Assembly (NCBI GenBank): GCA_964619725.1
Contig: CAZUFC010000063.1
Span: 1-48,262, forward strand
Direction: 5' to 3'
DNA from: an uncultured bacterium
GTDB lineage: Bacteria; CSSED10-310; CAZUFC01
Length of the DNA stretch: 48,262 nt
In this document: piece by piece, positions 36,652 through 48,199 of the stretch
Layout of the letters: each line of letters opens with the position of its first letter
Position numbering within the stretch: the first letter of the stretch is position 1
Position numbers and translations under genes: made by a program
The notes under the pieces: generated by a model
The model's database searches: none
Seen by the model: only the letters and a program-made list of their open reading frames with translations
What the model was told of the DNA's origin: nothing

Positions 36652-37314
36652 TCAGGAATCAGAAACCATACCTAGCATGGTCTCTTTGATCTCCTGCTTT
36701 CCTCTCGCTCCGTCGACTTCACGGAGAATGCCTTTTTCCTGATAATATTCAATCAACGGAAAAGTATCGGCGTAATAAACATTGAGCCTCTGTTGAATAG
36801 TTTCCTTTTTGTCGTCGGTCCTCTGTATCAGTTTCCCCCCGCACATATCACAGACGCCGGATTTTTGAGGAGGAGCGAATTCGATGTGATACATATGCCC
36901 ACACTGATCGCAAACTCTTCTGCCTGCCAGCCTTCGGAATATCTCTTCCTTATTGATCCTGATATAAAAGACTAAATTTATCGGACATCCTCTTTGATCC
37001 AGAAAATTGTCCAGTTCAACCGCTTGCTTCGTGTTTCTGGGGAATCCGTCAAAAATAAAGCCTTTCCCGCAATCGATGGATTTCAGTTTTTCCTTTACTA
37101 AAGCAATCATGACGTCATCACAGACCAGTAGTCCTCTGGTAATAAAATCTTCGGCTTTTTTGCCCAATTCTGTTTGTTTTTTTATATGGCTTCTCAAAAT
37201 ATCACCGGTGGAAATTTGCGGTATCGATAAATTTTTGGCTAAAAACCGAGCCTGAGTTCCTTTTCCTGCACCCGGCGGTCCAAGTAAAATCAGATTTCTC
37301 GGTTTCTTGGTCAA
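36652..37314 (-). CDS. adk: Adenylate kinase (Zn-lid type)
   Basis: GPPGAGKGTQA, DGFPR, lid motifs CDQC and CDMC. Confidence 0.98.
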   Translation of the reverse strand: MTKKPRNLILLGPPGAGKGTQARFLAKNLSIPQISTGDILRSHIKKQTELGKKAEDFITRGLLVCDDVMIALVKEKLKSIDCGKGFIFDGFPRNTKQAVELDNFLDQRGCPINLVFYIRINKEEIFRRLAGRRVCDQCGHMYHIEFAPPQKSGVCDMCGGKLIQRTDDKKETIQQRLNVYYADTFPLIEYYQEKGILREVDGARGKQEIKETMLGMVSDS

Positions 37315-37325
37315 AAAAACACCTG

Positions 37326-38642
37326 TTATCCTCTCCTGCTTCTTATTTTACCATCCTTCATAAAGCCGCGGTAATGTCTCATGACCAGATGCGATTCAAT
37401 CTGTTGTACCGTATCCAGGCCGACGCCGACGACGATAAGCAAGGCCGTTCCGCCGAAATAGAAAGGAATTCCGAAACTTTGAATGAGGAACATGGGAAGA
37501 ACGGAAATCAAAGACAGGAATACTGCGCCTACGAAAGTAATACGAGTCAGAGTTCTGTCGATAAAGTTAGCGGTATTTTTGCCCGGCCTGATCCCCGGTA
37601 TGTTTCCTCCGTATTTTCTCATATTGTCGGCGAGATCGGTCGGATTGAAGATAATAGCCGTATAAAAGTAAGTAAAGAAGATGATCAGCAGAACGTAAAT
37701 GATGTTGTAAAGCCAGGTGCCTGGCGCCAAACTGTCCGTAACTGCGTTTGCCCAGCCCCCTGTCTGTCCGCTGCCGATGAATTTCAGTATTGTTGCAGGA
37801 AACATAATCAGCGAAGAAGCGAAAATAACTGGTATCACCCCTGCAGTGTTAATTCGGAGAGGAATATGCGTGCTGGCTCCGCCAACGATCTTTCTTCCGA
37901 CGACTTTTTTGGGATATTGAACAGGTATTTTTCTGTGAGCCTGCTGCATAACGACGACGCCTGCGACAACCATAATGATGACCACAGCGATGGCGCCCAG
38001 CGTCCATAATTTGAGTTCACCGGTGCCGAGTTGCTGTATGGTATTGAAGACGGCAGCAGGGAGTCGCGCCACGATTCCTGCGGTAATGATCAAAGAAATC
38101 CCGTTTCCTATGCCCCGTTCGGAAATTTGTTCTCCGAGCCACATTATAAAGGCCGTTCCAGCCGTCAAGGTAATGACCGTCATGAATCTGAACGCCCAGC
38201 CGGGATTAAGCACGAATGCGCCTCCCTGCATGCTTTCCAGTCCCAAACTTATTCCAAGCGACTGAATGATACTCAGGACTACGGTCCCGTATCTTGTATA
38301 TTGAGTAATCTTTTTACGCCCCTGCTCGCCTTCTTTAGAAAGTCTTTCAAGATAAGGAACCACGACGGTCAGCAACTGCAGTATAATCGAAGCGCTGATG
38401 TACGGCATAATCCCCAGAGTAAAAACGGTCAGTTGAGAAAAAGCGCCTCCCGAGAACATGTCGAAGAAGCCTAGAATTGTGCCTTTTGCGGCTTTCTCAA
38501 TAAATGCCGCCAGAGCTACCGTATTTATACCGGGTGTCGGAACATGCGCTCCGATCCTATATACGGCCAGCATCGCGAAAGTGAATAATATTCGCTTTTT
38601 TAATTCAGGAATCTTAAAAACATTACCGAATGAACCCAACAC
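37326..38642 (-). CDS. secY: Preprotein translocase SecY
   Basis: LGIMPYISASII, WLGEQISERGIGNGIS, IPGIRPG, FGGTALLI. Confidence 0.99.
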   Translation of the reverse strand: MLGSFGNVFKIPELKKRILFTFAMLAVYRIGAHVPTPGINTVALAAFIEKAAKGTILGFFDMFSGGAFSQLTVFTLGIMPYISASIILQLLTVVVPYLERLSKEGEQGRKKITQYTRYGTVVLSIIQSLGISLGLESMQGGAFVLNPGWAFRFMTVITLTAGTAFIMWLGEQISERGIGNGISLIITAGIVARLPAAVFNTIQQLGTGELKLWTLGAIAVVIIMVVAGVVVMQQAHRKIPVQYPKKVVGRKIVGGASTHIPLRINTAGVIPVIFASSLIMFPATILKFIGSGQTGGWANAVTDSLAPGTWLYNIIYVLLIIFFTYFYTAIIFNPTDLADNMRKYGGNIPGIRPGKNTANFIDRTLTRITFVGAVFLSLISVLPMFLIQSFGIPFYFGGTALLIVVGVGLDTVQQIESHLVMRHYRGFMKDGKIRSRRG

Positions 38643-38644
38643 GG

Positions 38645-39091
38645 CTAAATCACCTCAACCTTTCCGCCCGCATCCTCAATCTTTTTCCTGGCATTCTCAC
38701 TGAATCTATCGGCTTTCACCACAACAGCTCGGTCTATTTCTCCATTTCCGAGTATTTTTATACCGTGACACTTTCTTGGAAACTTTCCAGCCTTACGCAA
38801 CAACTCAGGCGTTATTTCGTTCTCATCGGAAAATTCGGCCAAATCCCCGATATTTAGAATGGCCCAAACTTTTCTGTTGGGATTCTTGAATCCCCTTTTC
38901 GGCAATCGTCTCTGCAAAGGCATCTGGCCGCCTTCAAACCATAAAGGGGTGCCTCCGCCCGACCTTGCATTTTGTCCTTTAGACCCTTTACCGGCGGTTT
39001 TTCCAATTCCTGAACCTGCGCCGCGGCCCACTCGTTTTCTTTTCTTTCGAGAACCCTCTGGAATCCTTAAATTATTCAAACCCATTTCCAC
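38645..39091 (-). CDS. rplO: 50S ribosomal protein L15
   Basis: [26 protein letters not shown]. Start may be the ATG at 39085. Confidence 0.98.
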   Translation of the reverse strand: MEMGLNNLRIPEGSRKKRKRVGRGAGSGIGKTAGKGSKGQNARSGGGTPLWFEGGQMPLQRRLPKRGFKNPNRKVWAILNIGDLAEFSDENEITPELLRKAGKFPRKCHGIKILGNGEIDRAVVVKADRFSENARKKIEDAGGKVEVI

Positions 39092-39134
39092 ATCCTCTTT
39101 TTCTGGGAAAACAACAACTTAAAGTGTTAACTCG

Positions 39135-39329
39135 TTATAGATTGTGGTCAATTTCTTCGACCTTGACTAGGTGTAAAACCTTGGCCGCCATTCCTCTTAT
39201 TGAAGGAACATTTTTGTGTATCTTCGAATGATGCAATTTTCTCAACCCGAGACTCCGTAAAATTCTCCTTTGCTTTTCGGGTCTTCTAATCGCACTTTTT
39301 TTCAACGTGATGCGTAAATGTGTTTTCAT
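39135..39329 (-). CDS. rpmD: 50S ribosomal protein L30
   Basis: ITLKKSAI, LGLRKL, IRGM..KVLHLV; canonical position. Confidence 0.96.
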   Translation of the reverse strand: MKTHLRITLKKSAIRRPEKQRRILRSLGLRKLHHSKIHKNVPSIRGMAAKVLHLVKVEEIDHNL

Positions 39330-39360
39330 CGTTCACCTTCATTCGTCTCGGATAAAACAC

Positions 39361-39867
39361 CTAATTTGTAATTTCTTCTGTAGACTTGCCCCTCAGCCTG
39401 GCGACTTCTTCAGCGCTCTTGAGCGACTTTAAAGCTTCCATAGTCGCTTTAACGACATTGATCTGGTTTGAAGTGCCCAGAGACTTCGTCAGAATATCCT
39501 GAATGCCTGTAACTTCCAACACCGATCTGACCGGACCTCCGGCTATAACGCCCGTGCCTTTGGCCGCTGGTTTCAATAAAACTCTCCCCGCGCTGAAACG
39601 TCCTATAACCTGATGAGGAATAGTCGTCCCTTTCAAATTAACGGAAATCATATTCTTTTTGGCCCTTTCGAAACCCTTTTTAATAGCATCGGGCACTTCT
39701 TTGGCTTTTCCGTTAGCTATTCCAACGCGTCCTTTTCCATCTCCGACAACCACCACCGCGCTGAAACTGAATTTTCTACCGCCCTTTACCACTTTAGCGA
39801 CGCGATTGATGTACACGACCTTCTCTTTAAATTCAACTTCCTCTTCTCGCATTGATTTGAAATCCAA
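39361..39867 (-). CDS. rpsE: 30S ribosomal protein S5
   Basis: [24 protein letters not shown]. Confidence 0.98.
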   Translation of the reverse strand: MDFKSMREEEVEFKEKVVYINRVAKVVKGGRKFSFSAVVVVGDGKGRVGIANGKAKEVPDAIKKGFERAKKNMISVNLKGTTIPHQVIGRFSAGRVLLKPAAKGTGVIAGGPVRSVLEVTGIQDILTKSLGTSNQINVVKATMEALKSLKSAEEVARLRGKSTEEITN

Positions 39868-39957
39868 CCGGATAACCTCCTTAATTATGCTTCGTTATCA
39901 AACAATCGGCATTGAATCGCAATAAATCTGAAGTTAGCTCCTTCTTCATCGCGCTGA

Positions 39958-40329
39958 CTAAAAAACAAGGCCTTTCTCCCTGGCGCCGTCAGCCAGAGCT
40001 TTGACCCGACCGTGATAAGCAAAGCCGCCCTTGTCGAACGCAAGCTTCTTTATTCCTTTTTCCAACGCTTTTTCAGCAATAGCCGCTCCAACCATTGCAG
40101 CTACAGCCGTTTTTCCGCCTTCCGGTCTGGCATCCCTCACGCCGGGATCAAGCGATGAACTGGCGACAAGCGTTTGGCCGTTTGAATCGTCAATTATCTG
40201 AGCATAAATGTGTTTTGTGCTTTTATAAACAGAAAACCTGGGCCGTTCTTCCGTCCCGAAAATTTTCTTTTTTGACCGCATTTTCCTGCGCCAATATCTT
40301 ATTTCTCTCTGGGATTTTGGCATGCGCAT
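39958..40329 (-). CDS. rplR: 50S ribosomal protein L18
   Basis: [35 protein letters not shown]. Confidence 0.98.
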   Translation of the reverse strand: MRMPKSQREIRYWRRKMRSKKKIFGTEERPRFSVYKSTKHIYAQIIDDSNGQTLVASSSLDPGVRDARPEGGKTAVAAMVGAAIAEKALEKGIKKLAFDKGGFAYHGRVKALADGAREKGLVF

Positions 40330-40353
40330 TATTCTCTCCTCCTGTCACTCCGA

Positions 40354-40902
40354 TCAAGCTCCGACTTTTCCTTCTTTTATACGGACAACCTCATCGACAT
40401 AACGTATTCCCTTGCCCTTATACGGTTCCACTGATCTAAATCCTCGAATCTTAGCAGCTACGCTTCCCACAAGCTCCTTATCGATCCCTTTCACGTCAAT
40501 CCTGGTATTTTTTTCCGGAGTAGCGCCTAATTGCAGCTCTATTCCATCAGGAATCGAAAAGTCAATCGGATTGGAATAACCAAGATTCAATTGTAAACTT
40601 CGTCCCTTAAGCGCAGCTCTATATCCTACTCCTCTGATTTCCAGCGTTTTGCTGAATCCATGTGAGACGCCAATGATCATATTGTTGATAAGTGATCTGA
40701 CTAAACCCTGGAGCGCCTTTTGTTTTTTATCTTCAGTTCGCTTCACCACAGAAATTTCGCTGTCGCTGAGCTCAATGTCAATAGTCTGTTCAAATTTTTT
40801 CTTTAGGCTTCCTTTTGGTCCGTCTACTATGATCCAACTATCCTCTCTTTTTACCTTGACGCCCTCAGGTATCACAATCGGTTTTCTTCCAATTCTCGAC
40901 AT
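40354..40902 (-). CDS. rplF: 50S ribosomal protein L6
   Basis: MSRIGRKP, GVGYRA, EPYKGKGIRY. Confidence 0.99.
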   Translation of the reverse strand: MSRIGRKPIVIPEGVKVKREDSWIIVDGPKGSLKKKFEQTIDIELSDSEISVVKRTEDKKQKALQGLVRSLINNMIIGVSHGFSKTLEIRGVGYRAALKGRSLQLNLGYSNPIDFSIPDGIELQLGATPEKNTRIDVKGIDKELVGSVAAKIRGFRSVEPYKGKGIRYVDEVVRIKEGKVGA

Positions 40903-40935
40903 GCTTCATTCCCCCTTGTCGCGGCTGCGCCCGCC

Positions 40936-41334
40936 TCACGCAATATAGCAAAGCACTTCGCCGCCGATGTGTCTTTTCCTCGCTTCCTTACCGGTCATAA
41001 CGCCCTGTGACGTCGACAGAATACTGATCCCCAATCCTCCTAAAACCTCAGGAATATCGTCAGCGCCCGTGTAAATTCTTCGTCCCGGTTTGCTGACCTT
41101 TTTCAGCATGGAAATAACATGCTTGTCTTCGCCGTCATATTTCATCTTTACGCGGATTATACCCTGCTTGTTGTCCTCAATTTTCTTGAAATCCTGGATA
41201 TAGCCCTCATCCTTCAGTATTTCTGCAATTCTTAAATGAGTATTTGAACATGGGATGTCCACATTTTTTTGCAGTATAATATTGGCGTTTCTTATCCGAG
41301 AAAGCATATCGGCTAAAGGATCGCTCATACTCAT
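40936..41334 (-). CDS. rpsH: 30S ribosomal protein S8
   Basis: DPLADMLSRIRNA, SKPGRRIY, GGEVLCY. Confidence 0.99.
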   Translation of the reverse strand: MSMSDPLADMLSRIRNANIILQKNVDIPCSNTHLRIAEILKDEGYIQDFKKIEDNKQGIIRVKMKYDGEDKHVISMLKKVSKPGRRIYTGADDIPEVLGGLGISILSTSQGVMTGKEARKRHIGGEVLCYIA

Positions 41335-41391
41335 ATATCATTTCCTCCTGAATCGAATGCTCCCGTCAATAATCGAGGGAGAATTTGTTCT

Positions 41392-41577
41392 TTACCAACT
41401 CGCCTTGATAACGCCGGGTATTTCTCCATTGGACGCCAGTTCCCTGAAGCATATCCGGCAAAGACCGAACTTTCGCAGATAGCCGCGGGACCTTCCGCAC
41501 TTTCTGCAACGATTGTATTCCCGGACTTTGAACTTTTTTGATTTCTTCCATTTTTCTATTAATGCCTTTTTCGCCAT
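41392..41577 (-). CDS. rpsZ: 30S ribosomal protein S14, type Z (Zn-binding)
   Basis: 61 aa; RCRKCGR...GLCRICFRE...IPGVIKASW. Confidence 0.97.
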   Translation of the reverse strand: MAKKALIEKWKKSKKFKVREYNRCRKCGRSRGYLRKFGLCRICFRELASNGEIPGVIKASW

Positions 41578-41601
41578 TTATTCGGACTCCTAATCAACAA
41601 A

Positions 41602-42141
41602 TTAATTCCTGAACGGCATGCCCATTTTTTTCAGCAGAGCCTTCGCTTCTTCATCCGTTTCAGCCGTCGTAACGATCGTCACAGAAAAACCTCTGATCGA
41701 GTCGACCTTGTCGTAATCTATTTCCGGAAAAATTATCTGCTCGGCAATGCCTAAAGAATAATTACCGCGACCGTCGAATGATTTGCCCGACACTCCTCTG
41801 AAATCTCTTACGCGAGGCAGGGCTACATTTACTAAACGATCAAAAAAATCGTACATTCTTCTCCTGCGCAAGGTAACCGTTAATCCTATCGCCATCCCTT
41901 TCCGGATTTTAAAGCCGGCAATCGATTTTTTCGCTCTCGTTATAACCGGTTTCTGTCCGGAAATAATAGCCAGATCATTTGACCCTGACTCCAACAACTT
42001 CGCATTTTGAACGGCTTCGCCAATGCCCATGTTAAGCACAATCTTTTCAATCATTGGGATGGCTAATTTGTTTTTATAATTGAATTGCTTGTGCAAAGCC
42101 GGCGCCGCTTCATTTTTATAAAATTCTTTCATCCTGCTCAT
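41602..42141 (-). CDS. rplE: 50S ribosomal protein L5
   Basis: [25 protein letters not shown]. Confidence 0.99.
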   Translation of the reverse strand: MSRMKEFYKNEAAPALHKQFNYKNKLAIPMIEKIVLNMGIGEAVQNAKLLESGSNDLAIISGQKPVITRAKKSIAGFKIRKGMAIGLTVTLRRRRMYDFFDRLVNVALPRVRDFRGVSGKSFDGRGNYSLGIAEQIIFPEIDYDKVDSIRGFSVTIVTTAETDEEAKALLKKMGMPFRN

Positions 42142-42182
42142 GCCGATTGATCTCCTTCAACAATTGACTTTTCGTATCGTCA

Positions 42183-42506
42183 TCAGTCGAGTATTTCCCC
42201 GCATTGCTTGCAAACCCTAACCTTTTTGCCGCTGGTCAGCGTTTTTCTACCGACGCGCGTCGGTTGGTTGCATTTGCCGCAGACAACCATAACGTTAGAA
42301 GCGTTAATCGGCGCTTCCTTCTCGATGACGCCTCCTTGCTTTTGAGTCTGCGTCGGCTTTTGCGATCTCTTAATAAAATTCACTTTCTCCACGATGATCT
42401 GGTTTTTATCAGGTATGGTTTTTAAAACTTTACCCTTTTTGTCTCTGGCTTTGCCCGAGATTACCTTTACAATATCGTTCTTTTTTATATTCAATCGATT
42501 AGCCAT
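42183..42506 (-). CDS. rplX: 50S ribosomal protein L24
   Basis: IKKNDIVKVISG, EAPINASNV. Confidence 0.98.
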   Translation of the reverse strand: MANRLNIKKNDIVKVISGKARDKKGKVLKTIPDKNQIIVEKVNFIKRSQKPTQTQKQGGVIEKEAPINASNVMVVCGKCNQPTRVGRKTLTSGKKVRVCKQCGEILD

Positions 42507-42534
42507 TCGCTCAATCCTCCCTACCGGGCGTACG

Positions 42535-42903
42535 TTAAATAACCTCCGGCGCCAAGGATATAATTTTCATAAATTTTTTTTCTCTAAGTTCCCGAGCCAC
42601 AGGACCGAAGACGCGCGTACCGATAGGTTCGTTCTGATTGTTGATCAGGACAGCAGAATTACAATCGAATTTAATATAAGAACCATCTTTTCTTTTCGCT
42701 TCCTTCTTTGTTCTAACGACCACAGCCCGGGCAACGTCACCCTTTTTAACATTCCCCCCAGGCGAGCATTCTTTGATGGAAACGACAATAATGTCTCCCA
42801 AAGAAGCCCATCTTCGTTTAGTTCCCCCAAGCACTTTAATGCACTGAACACGTCTGGCTCCGGAATTATCCGCAACATCCAGCTTTGTCATCATTCGTAT
42901 CAT
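42535..42903 (-). CDS. rplN: 50S ribosomal protein L14
   Basis: [26 protein letters not shown]. Start moved to the ATG at 42903. Confidence 0.98.
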   Translation of the reverse strand: MIRMMTKLDVADNSGARRVQCIKVLGGTKRRWASLGDIIVVSIKECSPGGNVKKGDVARAVVVRTKKEAKRKDGSYIKFDCNSAVLINNQNEPIGTRVFGPVARELREKKFMKIISLAPEVI

Positions 42904-42948
42904 TGTTCTCACCTTCTTCAAAAAATCCTCTGAAGAGGAATCAATAGA

Positions 42949-43206
42949 TCATTTAGCTTTTTCAATAATTTCAACAACGCGCCACCGTTTGGTCTTACTC
43001 AACGGTCTGGTTTCTTCGATGCGGATTTTATCGCCCACTGAGCATTCGTTATTTTCATCATGGGCTTTGAATCGCTTTCTTTTACGAACAATAGTCACGT
43101 ATCTCGGATGCCTGAAAATACGCTCAACCTCAACTACAACTGTTTTCTCCATTTTATTGCTAATGACAATGCCCACTCGCTTTTTTTTAATTTTAGTTTT
43201 TTCCAT
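42949..43206 (-). CDS. rpsQ: 30S ribosomal protein S17
   Basis: [25 protein letters not shown]. Confidence 0.98.
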   Translation of the reverse strand: MEKTKIKKKRVGIVISNKMEKTVVVEVERIFRHPRYVTIVRKRKRFKAHDENNECSVGDKIRIEETRPLSKTKRWRVVEIIEKAK

Positions 43207-43237
43207 GACGTCTCCTTGTCAAATCAAATCCGAATCA

Positions 43238-43453
43238 TTACTTTGATTCTTCTTCCAGCTCCTCGCGCCGTTTTTCATTCTCAACAGTCAACAGTCTGGC
43301 AATATCCCTTCTCATATCCCTGATTTTCATGTTGTTCTCGAGGTCAGCAATCGTTTTCTGAAATCGAAGTCGGAAGTATTCGTCTTTGAGTTCCCGCAAT
43401 TTCTGATCACGCTCATCTTTGGTCATCTCTCGAATTTCCGAAGCCTTAATCAT
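43238..43453 (-). CDS. rpmC: 50S ribosomal protein L29
   Basis: KASEIREM, LRFQ, RRDIARLLT. Confidence 0.97.
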   Translation of the reverse strand: MIKASEIREMTKDERDQKLRELKDEYFRLRFQKTIADLENNMKIRDMRRDIARLLTVENEKRREELEEESK

Positions 43454-43869
43454 TATAAAAACTCCTTGGCCGAGACAAACTTCGTTTTGATGGGCAACTT
43501 GTGACCTGCCAGCGTCATCGCTTTTCGTGCAAGCTCTTCGTCAACGCCTTCGAGTTCATACAAAATTCTGCCGCGCTTTACGACGGCGACCCAATGATCC
43601 AAGGCGCCTTTGCCTTTTCCCATCCTGGTTTCCGCAGGTTTGCTGGTAATGGGTTTGTCAGGAAAAATACGAATCCAAATTTTTCCGCCTCTTCTAACCG
43701 TCCTGGTCATGGAAATTCTGGCAGCTTCAATCTGACGATCCGTTATCCATCCTCCTTCTAAAGCTTTCAGTCCGTAGGAACCGAAAGCCAGTCCCGTTCC
43801 CCCTTTGGAATACCCCTTTATTGTTCCTTTTTGTTGTTTTCTGTATTTGGTTTTCTTTGGCTGCAACAT
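43453..43869 (-). CDS. rplP: 50S ribosomal protein L16
   Basis: [24 protein letters not shown]. Confidence 0.99.
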   Translation of the reverse strand: MLQPKKTKYRKQQKGTIKGYSKGGTGLAFGSYGLKALEGGWITDRQIEAARISMTRTVRRGGKIWIRIFPDKPITSKPAETRMGKGKGALDHWVAVVKRGRILYELEGVDEELARKAMTLAGHKLPIKTKFVSAKEFL

Positions 43870-44654
43870 CAGATTTTCTCCACTCTTCTGCGTCTGGGTT
43901 TTCTGGCTCCGTCATGTTCCGGCGAACTGTCTTTTCTGGGCCCCCTGGGACCTCCTTTTCTTCTTCCCGGCGGAGAAGTAACCCCTGCGTCGCCTGATGG
44001 AACCGTAGCCACATCCTCAGATAAGTCTTTAACGTCTTTTTCACCCTTAAAAATCCATACTTTTACGCCGATCGTTCCATAAGTGGTTTTCGATTCGGCA
44101 AAACCATAATCAATCTCTGCTCTCAATGTATGCAGAGGGACGCGCCCTTCCAGGTATTCTTCTCTTCGAGCCATTTCAGCTCCGCCCAAACGGCCTCCGC
44201 AACTTACCTTGATGCCTTTGGCTCCGAACCTTAATGCTGAGATGACCGCCTTTTTCATAGCGCGCCTGAACGCCACGCGACGCTCGAGCTGCAGCGCAAT
44301 TCCCTCTGCGACAAGCTGAGCATCCAGTTCCGCGTTTTTAACTTCAATAATATTAATATAAACCTGTCGATCAGTCATCTTTTGCAGGTCCCTTTTAATC
44401 CGATCGACTTCAGCTCCTTTTTTTCCTATGATGATGCCTGGTTTTGCCGTATGAACATTTATCCTAACCTGCTCCGCTGCTCTTTCAATTTCAATCCTCG
44501 ATATCCCGGCATGATACAGGTTAGTTTTGATGAATTTTTTTATTTTTAAATCCTCGTGCAGCAGATCAGCATAATTCTTACCGGCGTACCAACGTGAATT
44601 CCAGGTGCTGACGATTCCCAATCTGAGTCCGATAGGATTTACTTTCTGTCCCAA
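43869..44654 (-). CDS. rpsC: 30S ribosomal protein S3 with C-terminal extension
   Basis: [25 protein letters not shown] start at 44654 with GGAGG RBS. Confidence 0.98.
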   Translation of the reverse strand: MGQKVNPIGLRLGIVSTWNSRWYAGKNYADLLHEDLKIKKFIKTNLYHAGISRIEIERAAEQVRINVHTAKPGIIIGKKGAEVDRIKRDLQKMTDRQVYINIIEVKNAELDAQLVAEGIALQLERRVAFRRAMKKAVISALRFGAKGIKVSCGGRLGGAEMARREEYLEGRVPLHTLRAEIDYGFAESKTTYGTIGVKVWIFKGEKDVKDLSEDVATVPSGDAGVTSPPGRRKGGPRGPRKDSSPEHDGARKPRRRRVEKI

Positions 44655-44691
44655 ATCTTCACCTCCCAATCGCTTTCCTTCACATTCCTTT

Positions 44692-45033
44692 TCATTCTTC
44701 CATTCCCTTTAAAATGACTTTTATATGACTTGTACGTTTCCGAATTCTAGTCGAACGTCCCAACGCTCTGACCTGAAATCTCCTTAAAGTCGGCCCCTCA
44801 TTTACTTGAATTTCGGAAATCCTCAATTCATCAATGTTGCCGATATTTCGATTTTCAGCGTTGGCTACGGCAGACATAACGATTTTTTCCAAAATACGCG
44901 AAGCTTTTTTTGGAGTATATTTCAGTATCAAAATCGCTTCTTCCACAGAGCGACCTTTAATCAAATCCGCAACCATACGCGCTTTTCTAGGAGAAATCCT
45001 AATGAATCTCCCCAATGCTTTGGTTTCTGCCAT
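44692..45033 (-). CDS. rplV: 50S ribosomal protein L22
   Basis: [28 protein letters not shown] at 45033. Confidence 0.98.
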   Translation of the reverse strand: MAETKALGRFIRISPRKARMVADLIKGRSVEEAILILKYTPKKASRILEKIVMSAVANAENRNIGNIDELRISEIQVNEGPTLRRFQVRALGRSTRIRKRTSHIKVILKGMEE

Positions 45034-45077
45034 CGTCACATCCCTTTGCTCTTATCTGCCGCCTCCCGCAGCAAATG

Positions 45078-45368
45078 TTAAACTCTCTTCTTGGCTGCTC
45101 GTTCCGCTTTCGTTCCCGCATGGCTGCGAAACGTCCTCGTCGTTGCAAATTCTCCGAACTTGTGTCCTACCAGGTTCTCAGAAATGTAAACGGGTATGAA
45201 CCTTTTACCATTGTGAACCGCGACGGTATGACCTACGAATTCCGGAGTAATAGTTGAACGTCGAGACCAAGTTTTCAGCATTTTCTTTTGCCCGGAGGCA
45301 TTCATAGCCTCAACTTTCATAGCTAAATGCTCATCAATAAATGGTCCCTTTTTTATGGATCTGGCCAC
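45078..45368 (-). CDS. rpsS: 30S ribosomal protein S19
   Basis: [26 protein letters not shown] start at 45368. Confidence 0.98.
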   Translation of the reverse strand: MARSIKKGPFIDEHLAMKVEAMNASGQKKMLKTWSRRSTITPEFVGHTVAVHNGKRFIPVYISENLVGHKFGEFATTRTFRSHAGTKAERAAKKRV

Positions 45369-45385
45369 AAACAACCTCCCCTGAT

Positions 45386-46213
45386 CTATTTCACTTTCCG
45401 TCTTTTAAGAATGTAAATGTCTGACTGTTTTTTTCCTCTTGTCTTATGCCCCTTTGTCGAAACGCCCCATGGCGTCACAGGATGTCTTCCGCCTGAGGAT
45501 TTTCCTTCGCCGCCGCCGTGCGGATGATCAATAGGATTCATAGCAACGCCGCGAACTTTTGGTCTCCTTCCCAACCAGCGATTTTTCCCGGCTTTGCCCA
45601 AGGAAAGAATTTCATGCTTTTCATTTCCGATTTGTCCGATGCTCGCCGAACATTTCTGACTGACCATCCGAACTTCACCGGAAGGCAGCCTCAAGTGAGC
45701 GAACCCTTTTTCCTTAGCGACCAGTTGCGCGTAAGTTCCTGCGCTTCGTACTATCTGGCCGCCCTTTCCGGGTTTAAGTTCTATATTATGAATAATCGTG
45801 CCTAACGGGATTTCCTTCATCGGTAAATTGTTGCCGACCTTTACGTCGCTGCCTGATCCCGCCGTAATTTCATCATTCACCTGTAATCCTTTGGGCGCCA
45901 ATATATAACGTTTTTCACCGTCTTTGTAGAAAATCAACGCTATTCTCGACGACCGATTCGGGTCATATTCTATCGTAGCTACTCTACCCGGTATTCCCGC
46001 CTTGTCTCGTTTGAAATCGATCTCCCGATACCGCCTTTTATGTCCGCCGCCGCGACGTCGACATGTCATATGCCCGTGATTGTTTCTGCCGCCTTTTTTG
46101 GACAATTTCTTAACAAGTTTTTTATTCGGCTTGTCTTTCGTCAGCTCTTCGAAAGTCGAAACAGTCTGAAATCGTCTTCCAGGCGATGTCGGTTTGAATG
46201 CTTTATTTTCCAT
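45386..46213 (-). CDS. rplB: 50S ribosomal protein L2
   Basis: [24 protein letters not shown]. Confidence 0.99.
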   Translation of the reverse strand: MENKAFKPTSPGRRFQTVSTFEELTKDKPNKKLVKKLSKKGGRNNHGHMTCRRRGGGHKRRYREIDFKRDKAGIPGRVATIEYDPNRSSRIALIFYKDGEKRYILAPKGLQVNDEITAGSGSDVKVGNNLPMKEIPLGTIIHNIELKPGKGGQIVRSAGTYAQLVAKEKGFAHLRLPSGEVRMVSQKCSASIGQIGNEKHEILSLGKAGKNRWLGRRPKVRGVAMNPIDHPHGGGEGKSSGGRHPVTPWGVSTKGHKTRGKKQSDIYILKRRKVK

Positions 46214-46243
46214 TTTATAATCCTCTAACCGCAGGGGAACTCA

Positions 46244-46537
46244 TTACATTCCCTCGAAGAACTCAATGGTGTCACCTTTTTTTAGCGTAACAATGGCCTT
46301 TTTCCAGCTTGATCTGCGACCTTCGAAACGCCCCAATCTCTTTTTCTTTCCTCTCATATTGATCGTCCTGACTTTCGTTACGTGGACATCAAATATATTT
46401 TCTATCGCCTTTTTGATTGATATCTTGTCCGCTTCTCTGTCTACCACGAAAACAACCTTGTTCTGATCTTCTTTCATGTTAGTTGCTTTCTCAGTAATGA
46501 CAGGGCGGCGAATTATGCTGTATGGGTCCTGTTTCAT
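46244..46537 (-). CDS. rplW: 50S ribosomal protein L23
   Basis: PVITEKA, WKKAIVTL. ATG at 46537 overlaps the rplD stop (ATGA). Confidence 0.97.
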   Translation of the reverse strand: MKQDPYSIIRRPVITEKATNMKEDQNKVVFVVDREADKISIKKAIENIFDVHVTKVRTINMRGKKKRLGRFEGRRSSWKKAIVTLKKGDTIEFFEGM

Positions 46538-47160
46538 GAACTTAACCTTTCTTCCACTCGCTGAATGCACGGCTGAAAGAAGATTACCTTTTCATGTCTG
46601 AGCACGTCCGTCACATTTAATCCTTCAACGGGCAACACGTCGATAAGCGGCGAATTTCGAATAGATTTTCCAATCTTCTTTCGATTATCCGGTAAAATAA
46701 CCAGAGAAGACTTGTTGCCGTTAATCTCCAAAAATTTCGGCAAAACTTCTTTCGTACTTATTTTCTCGATATCAAAATCCTGTAATACGAGCAAATTTCC
46801 GCTGTTGAGTTTTTCAGAAAGAACCATTCTTAAGGCGGCTTTTCTGACTTTTTTCGGCGGTTTAAAGCCGTAATTTCTCGGATGAGGCCCGAAAATCACT
46901 CCTCCTCCGACTTTCAAGGGTGAACGGAGACTTCCGCTTCGAGCTCTACCTGTACCTTTTTGCCTGTATAGTTTTCTACCGGATTTACGCACTTCTTTTC
47001 TGGTTTTGGTCGATGCGGTTCCCCTTCTTTTCAACGCAGCCTGCATTCTTACGACTTCCTGCACAACATACTGGTTCATCGGAACATTAAAAATCTCGTC
47101 TTTCAACGTAATCTGCTCCACAACCTCATTCTCGCTGTTGACGATATTGACACTGGGCAT
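46534..47160 (-). CDS. rplD: 50S ribosomal protein L4
   Basis: RQKGTGRARSGS, GGGVIFGP. Confidence 0.99.
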   Translation of the reverse strand: MPSVNIVNSENEVVEQITLKDEIFNVPMNQYVVQEVVRMQAALKRRGTASTKTRKEVRKSGRKLYRQKGTGRARSGSLRSPLKVGGGVIFGPHPRNYGFKPPKKVRKAALRMVLSEKLNSGNLLVLQDFDIEKISTKEVLPKFLEINGNKSSLVILPDNRKKIGKSIRNSPLIDVLPVEGLNVTDVLRHEKVIFFQPCIQRVEERLSS

Positions 47161-47176
47161 GGGAATTCACCTCGCT

Positions 47177-47803
47177 TTATGATTTCTTTATGACCGTAAC
47201 GTAATTGCCATTATGTCCCGGTACAGCGCCTTGAATGAGTAACCTGCCCTTGCCGGCTTCTACTCTGACTATTTTCAGGTTCTTAACCGTGACGTTCTTT
47301 CTGCCGGATCTTCCCGGCATCCCTGTTCCTTTCCACGTTCGGGCCGGAAACGCGGCAGCTCCGATACTTCCTCCGTGACGAAAGTATTCGTGAGTACCAT
47401 GCGATTTTTTGGAACCTTTAAATCCGTGTCTTTTCATAACGCCCGTAAAACCTCTTCCTTTGCTTATCCCCTTTACATCGACCGTTTCGCCTACTTCAAA
47501 GATTTCGCTGGTTATCTCCTGCCCTTCCTTGTAGTCGCTTGTCTTCGCTACCCGGAATTCTTTCAAAATCTTGCAAGGATCAACTTTAATGCGTCTGTAA
47601 TGACCTAAAAGAGGAAGTAAGGTCTGCTTCTCTTTTTTTCTTTCATACCCTAACTGAAGCGCGTTGTAACCTTCCTTCTCCTCGGTTTTTATCTGGATGA
47701 CCCTCGAAGGTTCCATTTCTATAACGGTCACGGGCAGCATTTCTCCCGATTCCATGAAAATACTTGTCATTCCGAGTTTTTTTCCGATCAATCCCAATGC
47801 CAT
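47177..47803 (-). CDS. rplC: 50S ribosomal protein L3
   Basis: GKKLGMT, SKGRGFTGVMKRH, GAVPG. Confidence 0.99.
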   Translation of the reverse strand: MALGLIGKKLGMTSIFMESGEMLPVTVIEMEPSRVIQIKTEEKEGYNALQLGYERKKEKQTLLPLLGHYRRIKVDPCKILKEFRVAKTSDYKEGQEITSEIFEVGETVDVKGISKGRGFTGVMKRHGFKGSKKSHGTHEYFRHGGSIGAAAFPARTWKGTGMPGRSGRKNVTVKNLKIVRVEAGKGRLLIQGAVPGHNGNYVTVIKKS

Positions 47804-47863
47804 TTTATGTTCCTCTGTTTTCTGTCTAAGCTTGTACGATTTCTTTAATCCCGATGCTTCAGC

Positions 47864-48172
47864 TTAAAGTTTAATTTCAACGTCAACGCCTGAAGGCAAC
47901 TCGAGTTTCATCAGGTTGTCAACGGTTTGCTGGGTCGGTTCTATAATATCAATCAGGCGTTTATGAGTTCGAATCTCGAATTGTTCTCTTGATTTCTTGT
48001 CAACGTGCGGAGACCTCAGAACCGTATAACGATTGATTCTAGTCGGCAATGGAATAGGACCCAAAACATTGGCTCCGCTTCTTCTTGCCGTTTCAACGAT
48101 TTCTCCAGTCGATTGATCAAGCAATTTATGATCGTAAGCTTTAAGTTTAATTCGGATTTTTTGTTCGGCCAT
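47864..48172 (-). CDS. rpsJ: 30S ribosomal protein S10
   Basis: [30 protein letters not shown]. Confidence 0.99.
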   Translation of the reverse strand: MAEQKIRIKLKAYDHKLLDQSTGEIVETARRSGANVLGPIPLPTRINRYTVLRSPHVDKKSREQFEIRTHKRLIDIIEPTQQTVDNLMKLELPSGVDVEIKL

Positions 48173-48199
48173 GAGTTACCTTCTACTGCCTCTTTCGAT